47,425 nt of DNA from Candidatus Doudnabacteria bacterium (GTDB taxonomy: Bacteria; Patescibacteriota; Doudnabacteria; UBA920; O2-02-FULL-48-8), in contig JACPKU010000001.1 in NCBI GenBank assembly GCA_016186915.1, forward strand, positions 1-47,425. Reading direction: 5' to 3'. The translations under genes were made by a program, and so were the position numbers. Below, one piece after another: positions 1 through 9,237 of the stretch (positions are counted from its first letter, which is position 1; each line of letters opens with the position of its first letter). The notes under the pieces were generated by a model. It searched no databases, was not told the DNA's origin, and saw only the letters and a list, made by a program, of their open reading frames with translations.

Positions 1-1
1 T

Positions 2-304
2 ATTATTAAGAAGAGTTTTACATCACCGGATGAGGTCTACAATCCAAAAGAAACGATGAAGCTTGAAATTCTTGATGTGGGAGAGGGTCTTAAATTGCAG
101 AGGAATACGGCACAGCCGGGGTATCATGGAGAAGATTGTCCATATGACCATGTGCTATACGTAGTTTCAGGTAAATTCCATGTCCGTATGTCTGGAGGTG
201 ATGAAATTGAATTTGGCCCCGGCGAAGTCGGAGTAATACCCGCCGGACACGATTTACGGGTTACAAGCAGTGAACCCGCAGTCTGGCTGGAAATCAAGCG
301 CTAA
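2..304 (+). CDS. cupin-domain protein, likely 5'-truncated at the window edge
   Basis: The frame stays open from nt 2 to the first Met at 56 (IIKKSFTSPDEVYNPKET...). C-terminal GPGEVGVIPAGHDLRV..VWLEI resembles a cupin beta-barrel motif. Confidence 0.6.
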   Translation: MIKKSFTSPDEVYNPKETMKLEILDVGEGLKLQRNTAQPGYHGEDCPYDHVLYVVSGKFHVRMSGGDEIEFGPGEVGVIPAGHDLRVTSSEPAVWLEIKR

Positions 305-320
305 AATCTTATTGCCGCCA

Positions 321-629
321 ATGAAAAACTTGAATATGAATAAAATCATTACGATTTTAGAAGCAAGGGTTAACGAACAAAAATGGGACACCCTACAAAA
401 TGCATATCGAGCTGTAAAAGAAAGTTCGCAATCTCCTATGCCCCGGCAGTCGTTCCTCGCGCAAATGAAGGAAGAACCAACACTATGGCAGATCATATCT
501 GTTTGGGAAAGTATGGAGGTTTTGCAGAAGATGAGAAGTTCTGGCGAAACACCTGCCGGAGTATTAGTATTTCGTGAAGCTAACGCCGAACCCAAGCTTT
601 CAATATTCGAAGCCAAAGAGGAGATTTAA
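321..629 (+). CDS. small ABM-like (antibiotic-biosynthesis-monooxygenase / ferredoxin-like barrel) protein
   Basis: About 100 aa, with MNKIITILEARV...WQIISVWESMEVLQKM typical of the ABM fold. Start could be ATG 321 or 336. The tracked start at 270 overlaps the upstream gene. Confidence 0.4.
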   Translation: MKNLNMNKIITILEARVNEQKWDTLQNAYRAVKESSQSPMPRQSFLAQMKEEPTLWQIISVWESMEVLQKMRSSGETPAGVLVFREANAEPKLSIFEAKEEI

Positions 630-736
630 GTTTTAATAGCGCCGCCGAAGTTTCAACGCAGGCGAGGCCCAGCCAGTTCCGTTTGCCTGTCCGCCTCCGG
701 CGGAGATATTTTCAAACAGACACCGCCAAAAAATTT

Positions 737-1177
737 ATGAAGCAGCAGGGGTTAAAAGGAGTTGATTATACCGGAGTATGCGTGGTTTATTTTTGCCACG
801 ACGGCAAGAGCAGGTTTTTGATGGCGAAGCGCAACAACAACACCCGTGATGAACATGGTAGATGGGACATCGGCGGGGGAGGTGTGGAATTTGGGGACAA
901 AGTGGAAGACACAGTACGCAAAGAGATCAAAGAAGAATACTGCGTGGATGTTTTAAAAACTGAGTTTTTGGGATTCCGCGACGTTCATCGCGAACACAAA
1001 GGCAAAAAGACGCACTGGATTGCTTTGGATTTTAAGGTTTTGGTGGATCCTGCTAAAGCCGCTGTGGGCGAGCCGAACAAGTTTGACGAGATTGGCTGGT
1101 TTACTTTGGAGACTATTCCAGATAATATTCATTCGCAATTTCCAAAATTTTTAGAGCTATACGGTAGCAGGTTATAA
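737..1177 (+). CDS. NUDIX hydrolase
   Basis: Nudix box GGGGVEFGDKVEDTVRKEIKEEYC. Start moved to ATG 737 because 640-704 is a GC-rich palindromic repeat rather than coding-like sequence. Confidence 0.85.
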   Translation: MKQQGLKGVDYTGVCVVYFCHDGKSRFLMAKRNNNTRDEHGRWDIGGGGVEFGDKVEDTVRKEIKEEYCVDVLKTEFLGFRDVHREHKGKKTHWIALDFKVLVDPAKAAVGEPNKFDEIGWFTLETIPDNIHSQFPKFLELYGSRL

Positions 1178-1204
1178 ATAGTTCCTTTAAAAGAATGTGC
1201 TAAT

Positions 1205-1233
1205 TTGACATTTACTATCGTCATAGCTATGAT
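1205..1233 (+). promoter_or_regulatory. sigma70-like promoter, TTGACA-17-TATGAT
   Basis: TTGACA at 1205-1210, 17-nt spacer, TATGAT at 1228-1233, about 60 nt upstream of the 1295 start. Confidence 0.55.
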
Positions 1234-1294
1234 GGTAATAAATGTATAGGATGAATAGTTGGGGTAATATATAATATATAATTATAATATAGAT

Positions 1295-1816
1295 ATGAGG
1301 ACCGTTGGATTTAAATTGACGAAGCGTCAGCAAGAAGAGCTGTTTCTTAAGTTGGCAAGGTCAGTAGCACTTTTGAGCACTGTCGAAGAAGTGGCGCAAT
1401 TTTTAAAAGACTTGCTTTCAGAGTCAGAGGTTTTAATGCTTGCGCGTCGGTTGCAAATAGCGGAGTTGTTGACAGAAGGACGGACCTATGAACAAATTCG
1501 GAAAGAATTAAAAGTTGGCTGGAATACAATTGCTAAAGTCCAAACTTGGCTTAGTCTTTATGGGGAAGGTTATCGACTGGTTATTAATCGCACAAAACCA
1601 AAGAGAAATATTGTGGATATTGGCAATAAGTCTTTTAGACAACTAAAATATAAATATCCGGCTTATTTTTGGCCACAGTTACTGCTTGAGGAAATAGTTA
1701 AAACTGCTAACAGAAGAGAGAAACAGAGATTGTTGAAAGTAGTTCAGAATCTGCAGGATAAAACTTCCATTGCCAAGCAACTAAATAGATTATTGATTGA
1801 TGAAAACCAAAGATGA
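1295..1816 (+). CDS. TrpR-like YerC/YecD family DNA-binding protein
   Basis: SESEVLMLARRLQIAELLTEGRTYEQIRKELKVGWNTIAKV matches the YerC/YecD Trp-repressor-like HTH region. Confidence 0.65.
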   Translation: MRTVGFKLTKRQQEELFLKLARSVALLSTVEEVAQFLKDLLSESEVLMLARRLQIAELLTEGRTYEQIRKELKVGWNTIAKVQTWLSLYGEGYRLVINRTKPKRNIVDIGNKSFRQLKYKYPAYFWPQLLLEEIVKTANRREKQRLLKVVQNLQDKTSIAKQLNRLLIDENQR

Positions 1817-2967
1817 ATAAAACAAAAATTTTGATTTTACATACCTCGGTCGGATACGGCATCAAAGTTACTGCTGAAAATATTTACGAAAAGCTCTCAA
1901 ACAGCAGCGAATATGAAGTCCGTATAGAGGACATCGAGAAAATTCACCGAGGGATGTTGATTGCAACTTCCAAAATTGTTTATGCAACCCTGCTTAATCA
2001 TATTTCTGGGCTGTGGGGATTTTTGTATAATTCCAAAATTGTTTTGTTTCTTTTGCGCCCATTACGGAAAGTGGTGGCGTCACTCAATTACAAAACCACT
2101 CTGGCCATCTTGCGTCAGTTCCAGCCAGCTGTGGTAATTTCCACAGAAGCTGCCCCATCGGCCGTGATTGCTTATCTTAAATCAAAAGGGTTGTATCGAG
2201 GCAAGTTGGTAATTAGTTTTTCTGATTACCATCTTCATACCTTTTGGTTGTACAAAGAAGCTGATCTTTATCTTTGCAGTATTGCCGAGCAAGCAGAAGA
2301 GCTCAAAAAAATGGGGGTGGCGAATGGAAAAATTGCACTTACTGGCATGATTATTGCAGATAAGTTTTTTAAACAGATTGGCAAAGAAGAAGCGAGGCAG
2401 AAATTTAAGCTTCTTAATTCCATGCCGGTTGTGCTTTTAAGCAACGGCGGCACCGCGCGGATGAGCGTCAAGAGAATTTTCCTTCAGCTTTTGAGATCGG
2501 ATAAATCATTTCAGGTGGTAGCGGTAACTGGCAGAAACGAAAAGCTAAAACAAGAATTGGAAAAAATTTCAGCGCCCAGCCGGCATCCAATAAAAATTTT
2601 GGGGTTCGTGAATGATTTGGACATACTCATGAGTGCGGCTGATGTCCTGGTGGGTAAAACCGGCGGGCCGACCATGGCTGAAGCAGTGATAAAGAAACTT
2701 CCTATGGTTATCACTGATGTGCGCCCTGGACACGAATTCGCCAATCTGGAATATTTGTTGAAAAATCAGATTGTGGATTACGGCCGAATTCCCAGAGAAG
2801 TGAGCTTTTTAGTTGACCAGATCTTGGACCATAAACTTAAAAAAGATTGGGAAGGAGCTTATCAGAAGGTTATCCAGCCTCAAAACAGCCAATCTTTAGT
2901 TGAGATCCTTGAGGGGATTCAACCGAACACCAGTGGATTAAAAGTTCAAAATTATCAAGAAAATTAA
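1813..2967 (+). CDS. glycosyltransferase, MGDG-synthase/UgtP-like (GT28)
   Basis: N-terminal KILILHTSVGYGIKVTAENI and C-terminal ADVLVGKTGGPTMAEA are typical of diacylglycerol glycosyltransferases. 4-nt overlap with the upstream gene. Confidence 0.7.
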   Translation: MNKTKILILHTSVGYGIKVTAENIYEKLSNSSEYEVRIEDIEKIHRGMLIATSKIVYATLLNHISGLWGFLYNSKIVLFLLRPLRKVVASLNYKTTLAILRQFQPAVVISTEAAPSAVIAYLKSKGLYRGKLVISFSDYHLHTFWLYKEADLYLCSIAEQAEELKKMGVANGKIALTGMIIADKFFKQIGKEEARQKFKLLNSMPVVLLSNGGTARMSVKRIFLQLLRSDKSFQVVAVTGRNEKLKQELEKISAPSRHPIKILGFVNDLDILMSAADVLVGKTGGPTMAEAVIKKLPMVITDVRPGHEFANLEYLLKNQIVDYGRIPREVSFLVDQILDHKLKKDWEGAYQKVIQPQNSQSLVEILEGIQPNTSGLKVQNYQEN

Positions 2968-2971
2968 AGGG

Positions 2972-3000
2972 TTGACACTCGATTGCTTAAATATTACTAT
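2972..3000 (+). promoter_or_regulatory. sigma70-like promoter, TTGACA-17-TACTAT
   Basis: TTGACA at 2972-2977, 17-nt spacer, TACTAT at 2995-3000, directly upstream of the hsp20 start. Confidence 0.55.
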
Positions 3001-3024
3001 TTAGTTACTAAGCAAGGAAAAAAC

Positions 3025-3534
3025 ATGCCTAAGAACAAGAATCTAATCAATAAGTTAATGGGGGCTCAGCAAGCCGTATCCGCTGAGGATGATGAGGAAG
3101 AGATGGTCGCGGAGACTGGTGGGGAAGAAGGGGAACCGGAACAGGATGAGCAAACCGGAGTGAGCGCAGAATCTTCCGAGGATTGGCTGTCTGAATACGA
3201 GGGGCAGTTGACTATTGATATGTATCAGACCAAGGACAATGTGGTGATTAAATCAACCATTGCCGGGGTGAGGCCTGAAGACGTGGACGTAACTATTGCC
3301 AATGACATGGTCACGATCCGCGGCGAGCGCAAAAGAGATTTTGAAGCGTCGAGCGAAGATTATTTTTATCAAGAATGTTATTGGGGCAGTTTTAGCCGTT
3401 CCGTGGTTTTGCCAGTGGACGTGGATATAGAAAACGTCGGCGCTGATCTCAAGGATGGGATTCTGACAGTGATCTTACCTAAGGCTGCGAAAGCCAAGGC
3501 CAAGAAGATCAAGGTCAAGGGTTTGAATACCTAA
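3025..3534 (+). CDS. Hsp20/alpha-crystallin small heat-shock protein
   Basis: Alpha-crystallin core: DMYQTKDNVVIKSTIAGVRPEDVDV...FSRSVVLPVDVDIENVGADLKDGILTVILPK. The ATG at 3025 follows AAGGAAA and lies downstream of the promoter. Confidence 0.85.
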   Translation: MPKNKNLINKLMGAQQAVSAEDDEEEMVAETGGEEGEPEQDEQTGVSAESSEDWLSEYEGQLTIDMYQTKDNVVIKSTIAGVRPEDVDVTIANDMVTIRGERKRDFEASSEDYFYQECYWGSFSRSVVLPVDVDIENVGADLKDGILTVILPKAAKAKAKKIKVKGLNT

Positions 3535-3549
3535 AATAAATTTCTAATC

Positions 3550-3585
3550 AAGCCGCCGTTTTAACAGGCGGCTTTTGATTTTTAT
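3550..3585 (+). terminator. rho-independent terminator
   Basis: Stem AGCCGCC (3551-3557) / GGCGGCT (3567-3573) followed by a T-rich tract. Confidence 0.7.
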
Positions 3586-3692
3586 TTGAAATTCTGGCAT
3601 AATGATATGAGTTCTAATTTTGGTTCCTCCTTCGTCCGCCACAGGCGGACTTCGGCGGACGTCGTCAATTAATATTAATTTAAAGTGCTCCG

Positions 3693-5615
3693 ATGGATAT
3701 CTCGACCCTGTCCAAACAACTAGACATGCCAGTGACTAAGTTGCGAGCGAAAATGCGCGCCGCGGGTTTTTATGTTTCCCCTAAAGCCAACAAAATTGAC
3801 AATCAGCTGGCCAAGCAAGTTTTAAATTCTTTTGCCCCCAAAACATCTGCGCAGTCTTTGAGTGAGGTAGAAAAGGAAGTGAAACTGCCGAAAGTCCTAT
3901 CTGTCAAAGAGCTTGCGCAGATTCTTAAACTTGATGTTAGTACCGTGATCAAAAAATTGATCGAGAGTGGAGTTTTGGCTTCGATCAACGAAGAAATCGA
4001 TTATGACACTGCGGCAATCGTAGCAAGCGATTTAGGCTTTAATGTCTCGGAGAAAATGAGCGAAACTAGCCGGCTGGGAATAGGCTACGTGTCTGAGATG
4101 ATTGATGAAGAGCTGAAAACAGACAAGCAGGGATTCATTCCACGTCCGCCGATTGTGGCAGTGATGGGCCATGTGGATCACGGTAAAACCACTTTGCTTG
4201 ATACCATCCGCCACACCAGTGTGGTTGAAAAAGAAGCCGGAAGCATCACCCAGCACGTTGGTGCCTACCAGGTGAAGAGGGGTCAAAAATCAATTACTTT
4301 TCTCGATACACCCGGCCATGAAGCTTTCTCTGCTATGCGCGCTCGAGGCGCTAATGTTACGGACATTATTGTTTTGGTAGTTGCCGCAGACGACGGGATC
4401 AAGCCGCAAACAATCGAGGTGATTAATAGAGCGAAGATAACCTCTACTCCCGTGATTGTGGCAATTAATAAAGTAGATAAACCGGATGCCAATATTGAGC
4501 GAATAAAAAAAGAGCTAAGTGACCACGGTTTGATTGTCGAAGAGTGGGGCGGCAAAGTGCCGGCGGTTAACATTTCGTCCTTGACCGGCCAGGGTGTAGA
4601 AGAACTGTTGGATTTGATTTTGCTTCAGGCGGAAGTTCTGGATCTTAAGGCCAATCCAAAGGGGCAGATCTTGGGCACTGTGATCGAATCTCATGTTTCT
4701 AAAACTCTGGGCTCAATCGCGACGGTTCTGGTCCAGAACGGCACCTTAAATATTTCTGATATTGTCTCAGCGGGAAGGGCGTTCGGAAAAATTCGAACCA
4801 TGACCGATGTTTTTGGGAAGAAAGTAAAGACCGCCGGCCCTGCTATGCCTGTTCAGCTGACTGGCCTTTCTACCACCCCGGAAGTCGGTGACATTTTAAG
4901 GGTTTACGAGAATACTGAAGCGGCGGAAAATACAGCTTCCGAGGTGATTAAATCAGAACGAGCGAAGCGCATTCAAAGCACGAAAAAAATTCATTCATCC
5001 GGCAAGGATCTTAATTTGATTATCAAAGTGGATGTCAGAGGCAGTCTAGAGGCGATTAATGAAGCGTTGAACAAGCTGAAAAACAGCGAGGTCAGAATTA
5101 ATGTTTTGGAAGAAGGGGCAGGGGAAATTAATGAAAATGAAGTGTTGCGGGCATTAACAGCCGATGCCACAGTCATTGGTTTTCATACCCGTCTTAGTCC
5201 CCAGGCTGCCAAGCTGGCGGCTCAAAAATCAGTTTCGGTCCAGCTTTATAGTGTTATATACGAGCTGGTGGAAGATCTGACAAAACAAGTTCTAGACATG
5301 ATGACGCCGGAAGTTATGCGCACAGATTTAGGTCGCGGCAAAGTTTTGGCAGTGTTTCGGACTGAGAAAGAAAAAATGATTGTCGGTGGAAACGTAGCAG
5401 AGGGGAAGATTAGAAATAAAGCCAAAGTAGAAATCAAGCGAGGCGATGAACTTATCGGCAGCGGAGAAATACTTGAATTGCAACAACACAAGCAGACTGT
5501 TTCCGAAGTCGTTAAGGGTTCTGAGTTTGGGGTGAGTATCAAAACCAAGGACAAAATTTTGGCCGGAGATGTTTTGGTGGTGTTTGAGGAAACAACGAAG
5601 AAAAAAACTTTATAA
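3693..5615 (+). CDS. infB: translation initiation factor IF-2
   Basis: GTPase motifs VMGHVDHGKTTLLD, DTPGHEAF and NKVD, plus the IF-2 C-terminal domains. Confidence 0.95.
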   Translation: MDISTLSKQLDMPVTKLRAKMRAAGFYVSPKANKIDNQLAKQVLNSFAPKTSAQSLSEVEKEVKLPKVLSVKELAQILKLDVSTVIKKLIESGVLASINEEIDYDTAAIVASDLGFNVSEKMSETSRLGIGYVSEMIDEELKTDKQGFIPRPPIVAVMGHVDHGKTTLLDTIRHTSVVEKEAGSITQHVGAYQVKRGQKSITFLDTPGHEAFSAMRARGANVTDIIVLVVAADDGIKPQTIEVINRAKITSTPVIVAINKVDKPDANIERIKKELSDHGLIVEEWGGKVPAVNISSLTGQGVEELLDLILLQAEVLDLKANPKGQILGTVIESHVSKTLGSIATVLVQNGTLNISDIVSAGRAFGKIRTMTDVFGKKVKTAGPAMPVQLTGLSTTPEVGDILRVYENTEAAENTASEVIKSERAKRIQSTKKIHSSGKDLNLIIKVDVRGSLEAINEALNKLKNSEVRINVLEEGAGEINENEVLRALTADATVIGFHTRLSPQAAKLAAQKSVSVQLYSVIYELVEDLTKQVLDMMTPEVMRTDLGRGKVLAVFRTEKEKMIVGGNVAEGKIRNKAKVEIKRGDELIGSGEILELQQHKQTVSEVVKGSEFGVSIKTKDKILAGDVLVVFEETTKKKTL

Positions 5616-5624
5616 GTACCTGGC

Positions 5625-5960
5625 ATGAGTTTGAGAACCGAAAGAGTGAGTTCGCTTATCAAGCAGGAAATGGGCTTTCTGCTTAGCAAGCTAGAACTCC
5701 CGGCTATTACTACTGTGAATAAGGTTGAGGTCACGCCTGACCTCAAGCAGGGCAAGATTTGGCTAACCGTGCTTACCGAGGAAGAAAAAGTTGAGCAGGC
5801 GGTTTTGAAAGTGGTCAACAGCAACATTTATGAATTGCAGGGTGAAATCAATAATAAGTTCGAGATGCGCAACGTGCCACGTATCCGTTTTTTAATTGAT
5901 CATTCTGAACAATACGCTGACCACATCAACAAACTTCTGAAACAAACCAAAGAAGAATAA
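5625..5960 (+). CDS. rbfA: ribosome-binding factor A
   Basis: RTERVSSLIKQEM...VPRIRFLIDHS pattern, and the conserved position after infB. Confidence 0.85.
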   Translation: MSLRTERVSSLIKQEMGFLLSKLELPAITTVNKVEVTPDLKQGKIWLTVLTEEEKVEQAVLKVVNSNIYELQGEINNKFEMRNVPRIRFLIDHSEQYADHINKLLKQTKEE

Positions 5961-5968
5961 TTAGAATC

Positions 5969-5997
5969 TTGACCGAAGTCGGAGCTTATGCTAAAGT
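5969..5997 (+). promoter_or_regulatory. extended -10 promoter, TTGACC-N14-TGC-TAAAGT
   Basis: TTGACC at 5969-5974, 17-nt spacer ending in TGC, TAAAGT at 5992-5997. Confidence 0.5.
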
Positions 5998-6017
5998 GGT
6001 TAGCTTAACCTTTATTT

Positions 6018-6977
6018 ATGGTCGAACAAAACATTCAAGCACAATTTAAACAGGCGTGGGGGTTGATTGAACAAAGCCAGAGTATTTTTTTGACCACCCA
6101 TGAAGGCACGGACGGGGATGACTTGGGCAGTCTTTTAGCTGTCAGGCTGGCGCTTTTGAATTTGGGTAAAGATATTTTTAGCGCTGTAAAAGGAGGGGTT
6201 CCTGAAAGTTTGGATTTTTTACCCGGCAGTGAGACAGTGGAAGAAGAGATGCCTGGCCTGAATTTTGACCTGATTATTACTTTTGGCTGCAATCGGATAA
6301 GCAGAACAGGGTTCGACCCTATTAAGTTCACTAACAAAAAAATTCTTAATTTTGATCATCATCCTGACAACACTCAATTCGGCGCTGTCAACGTGGTTGA
6401 TGCCAGAATTTCATCAGTGGCGGAATTGGTCTATGGTTTTTTGAATTTTGGCCGCATGCTCATCAATAAGGACATGGCCACTTGTTTGTTGACTGGAATT
6501 TTTACGGACACAGGCGGATTCAAACACGCTAACACCTCAGCCGACACTTTGGAATCAGCCGCTGATTTGCTAAAACGGGGAGCCCGAATAGATAAAATCG
6601 CCTACCAGACCATGGGCAAGAAGCGACCAAGCACCATCAAGGCCTGGGCGCAGGGGTTGGAGCACACCCGGTTTGATCCGGATAAACAAATGGTTTTTTC
6701 TGTGCTTACCAAAGAAGATTTGGAACAGATTGGCGCAAGCGATGAAGATTTGGATGGATTTGTAGAGTTGCTTAATAGCATTCCGCAGGCCAGGTTTGCT
6801 CTGCTGCTTCGACAAGACGGAGATATGGTGAAAGGCAGTCTTCGATCAGAACCGCAAAAGCAAGTGGATGTGTCTGAAATCGCTAGAAATTTCGGCGGCG
6901 GGGGGCACAAACTTGCCTCTGGATTTAAAATTAAAGGCCGGTTAGTCAAACAAGGGGATGCCTGGAGGATTGAATAA
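6018..6977 (+). CDS. nrnA: DHH/DHHA1 phosphoesterase (NrnA-like oligoribonuclease / pAp phosphatase)
   Basis: HEGTDGDDLGS, NFDHHPDN, DTGGFKHANT and the C-terminal GGGGHKLASG motif. Confidence 0.8.
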   Translation: MVEQNIQAQFKQAWGLIEQSQSIFLTTHEGTDGDDLGSLLAVRLALLNLGKDIFSAVKGGVPESLDFLPGSETVEEEMPGLNFDLIITFGCNRISRTGFDPIKFTNKKILNFDHHPDNTQFGAVNVVDARISSVAELVYGFLNFGRMLINKDMATCLLTGIFTDTGGFKHANTSADTLESAADLLKRGARIDKIAYQTMGKKRPSTIKAWAQGLEHTRFDPDKQMVFSVLTKEDLEQIGASDEDLDGFVELLNSIPQARFALLLRQDGDMVKGSLRSEPQKQVDVSEIARNFGGGGHKLASGFKIKGRLVKQGDAWRIE

Positions 6978-7057
6978 GCACTCAGGTGTTTGACGCTGCC
7001 TGCTTTTTTCGCAGCACCTTCGTTTTTGTGCTAAAATACAAAGGCTTAATAACAACC

Positions 7058-9232
7058 ATGATGTCGAGAAGGAAACAAAAAGACGACTGGTTTGAGGAAA
7101 ACTTTCGGCGGCCCAGACTTAACCTCAAAACAGAAACCAGACAGACCGTAGCCATGGTCTTGTTTGTGGTTTTGGCAATCCTGATCATACTTAGTTTATC
7201 TGGAAGCGCCGGGGCTTTTGGGCACATAGCCAACCAAGTTTTGAAATTGGCTTTTGGCTGGATGGCTTACGGTGTGCCTATAATTTTTTTGCTCGTCGCC
7301 GGGGTCTTATTCAAAAACAAAGCAGATGAAGAATCGGGAACGGTTTCCACGCATGCTTACGTGGGAGCAGCACTGCTGACCTTGACTCTGACTGGATTTT
7401 TGCACTTGTTAGTGATTAGGCCAGATGTTAATCTGGCCTTTGATCTGGTGAAGTTAGGGCGCGGCGGCGGTTACTTGGGGGTCTTGACTTCTTATCCGTT
7501 GATGAACTTTATGGGGTTTACCGCCAGCATGGTGGTTGTGGTGGCCGCGGCTATTATTTCTTTTTTTGTTACATTCAATGTTTCTTTCCGCGACTTATTG
7601 TTTAGAAACAAAGGATTGGAAGGCTCGAACAAAGTTAAAAACGGTTCGCTGAAAATCAATAACGCCCAAGCCACGGGCTTTATAAGAGAGAGTGTCGGCG
7701 AGGCCAACAGAGCGGCTCGGGCGGAACTTACCCCGGTTGTTAACAATCTTGAACCTCTGAAGAGCAAAGCTTTGAGGCCTACTAAAAATTTAGCTGATAA
7801 AAACTGGAAGCTACCTCCTCTGGATTTGTTGGATGATTCTAAAACCAAAGTTGATTCTGGTGATATCGAGATGAATGTTTCTATCATCCAGAAAACTCTG
7901 GCTGATTTTGGGATTGATGTGGAAATGGGCGAGGTGAATGTCGGGCCGACGGTCACTCAATACACGCTGCGCCCGGCAGTCGGCGTCAAACTCTCCCAGA
8001 TAGGAGGGTTGCAAAATGATCTGGCCCTTGCCCTTTCCGCTTCTTCCATCAGAATGGAACTGCCCATCCCGGGCAAGGGGTTGGTGGGCATTGAGATCCC
8101 TAACAAAACCACGGCGCTTGTCCGGATCAAAGAAATTTTGGGACAAAGCATGTTTATTGATCACGTCTCGAAGTTGGCTTTTTCTTTAGGGCGGGACGTG
8201 GCCGGCCACCCGATTGTCGCTGATTTGTCCCGAATGCCTCATCTGTTGATTGCCGGGGCGACAGGAACCGGTAAATCAGTTTCCGTGAATACGATTATGC
8301 TGAGTTTTCTTTATCGGGCGGTCCCGTCTGAAATAAAATTTATAGTGATTGATCCCAAGCGGGTGGAACTGGCTTTGTACAACGGCATTCCACACCTGCT
8401 CACGCCGGTAATTATTGACCATCAAAAAGCAGTCAATGCTTTGAAGTGGACTGTGGGGGAGATGGATCGAAGATACAAGCTGCTTTCTGAAGTGCATAAA
8501 CGCAACATTGGAGAATATAACCAGTCTTCTTTAATCAGGCTGCCTTATATTATTGTGGTGGTGGATGAATTGGCAGATTTGATGAGTGTGGCCCAAAACG
8601 ACGTTGAGGCGGCCATCGTGCGGCTGGCTCAAATGGCGCGGGCCGTCGGTATCCATTTGGTGGTGGCCACTCAGCGCCCTTCAGTGGATGTCATTACGGG
8701 GCTGATCAAAGCCAACATTACTGCGAGAATTGCTTTTGCTGTGGCGTCACAGGTTGACTCAAGAACGATTCTGGATATCGCCGGCGCAGAAAAGCTTTTG
8801 GGCAGCGGCGACATGCTTTACATAACCTCAGATATGCCCAAGCCGAAGCGGGTGCAGGGCGCGTATGTTTCAGAAAAAGAAATTAAGAGAGTGACAGACT
8901 TTTTGCGCAGGCAAGCTGGCAGTGTGTCATATGCTGAAGAGATAATCGAGAAGCCAAGACAAGATTCCTCGTACTCTAATTTGGAGGGGGAGTTTGATGA
9001 GGATGATGAATTAATAGAGGAAGCAATCAGGTTGGTCACTGCCGCGAACAAGGCTTCAGCCTCTTTGCTGCAGCGAAGATTAAGAGTCGGGTATGCCAGA
9101 GCCGCAAGGCTTTTGGATATCTTGGAAGAGCGCGGCCTGGTGGGGCCGGCGGAAGGGGCGAAACCAAGAGAAGTTTATCAAGACAATAACCAGGAGAATG
9201 AAGAAGATGTTGTCAATGACGAGGAAGGGTAA
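7058..9232 (+). CDS. ftsK: DNA translocase FtsK/SpoIIIE
   Basis: N-terminal TM helices, Walker A GATGTGKS, VVVDELADL, and a C-terminal gamma winged-helix (LLQRRLRVGYARAARLLD). Start taken at MMSRRKQ. Confidence 0.9.
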   Translation: MMSRRKQKDDWFEENFRRPRLNLKTETRQTVAMVLFVVLAILIILSLSGSAGAFGHIANQVLKLAFGWMAYGVPIIFLLVAGVLFKNKADEESGTVSTHAYVGAALLTLTLTGFLHLLVIRPDVNLAFDLVKLGRGGGYLGVLTSYPLMNFMGFTASMVVVVAAAIISFFVTFNVSFRDLLFRNKGLEGSNKVKNGSLKINNAQATGFIRESVGEANRAARAELTPVVNNLEPLKSKALRPTKNLADKNWKLPPLDLLDDSKTKVDSGDIEMNVSIIQKTLADFGIDVEMGEVNVGPTVTQYTLRPAVGVKLSQIGGLQNDLALALSASSIRMELPIPGKGLVGIEIPNKTTALVRIKEILGQSMFIDHVSKLAFSLGRDVAGHPIVADLSRMPHLLIAGATGTGKSVSVNTIMLSFLYRAVPSEIKFIVIDPKRVELALYNGIPHLLTPVIIDHQKAVNALKWTVGEMDRRYKLLSEVHKRNIGEYNQSSLIRLPYIIVVVDELADLMSVAQNDVEAAIVRLAQMARAVGIHLVVATQRPSVDVITGLIKANITARIAFAVASQVDSRTILDIAGAEKLLGSGDMLYITSDMPKPKRVQGAYVSEKEIKRVTDFLRRQAGSVSYAEEIIEKPRQDSSYSNLEGEFDEDDELIEEAIRLVTAANKASASLLQRRLRVGYARAARLLDILEERGLVGPAEGAKPREVYQDNNQENEEDVVNDEEG

Positions 9233-9237
9233 GTTTT

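Noticed and set aside
683-736. The N-terminal extension of the NUDIX ORF (MPVRLRRRYFQTDTAKKF).
   Set aside because: The extension is encoded by the GC-rich palindromic repeat TCCGCCTCCGGCGGA and its flanks. ATG 737 gives a normal-length Nudix protein.
5246-5827. A 193-aa minus-strand ORF overlapping infB and rbfA.
   Set aside because: It is antisense to two highly conserved genes, and the translation is Ser/Thr/Leu-rich with no motifs.
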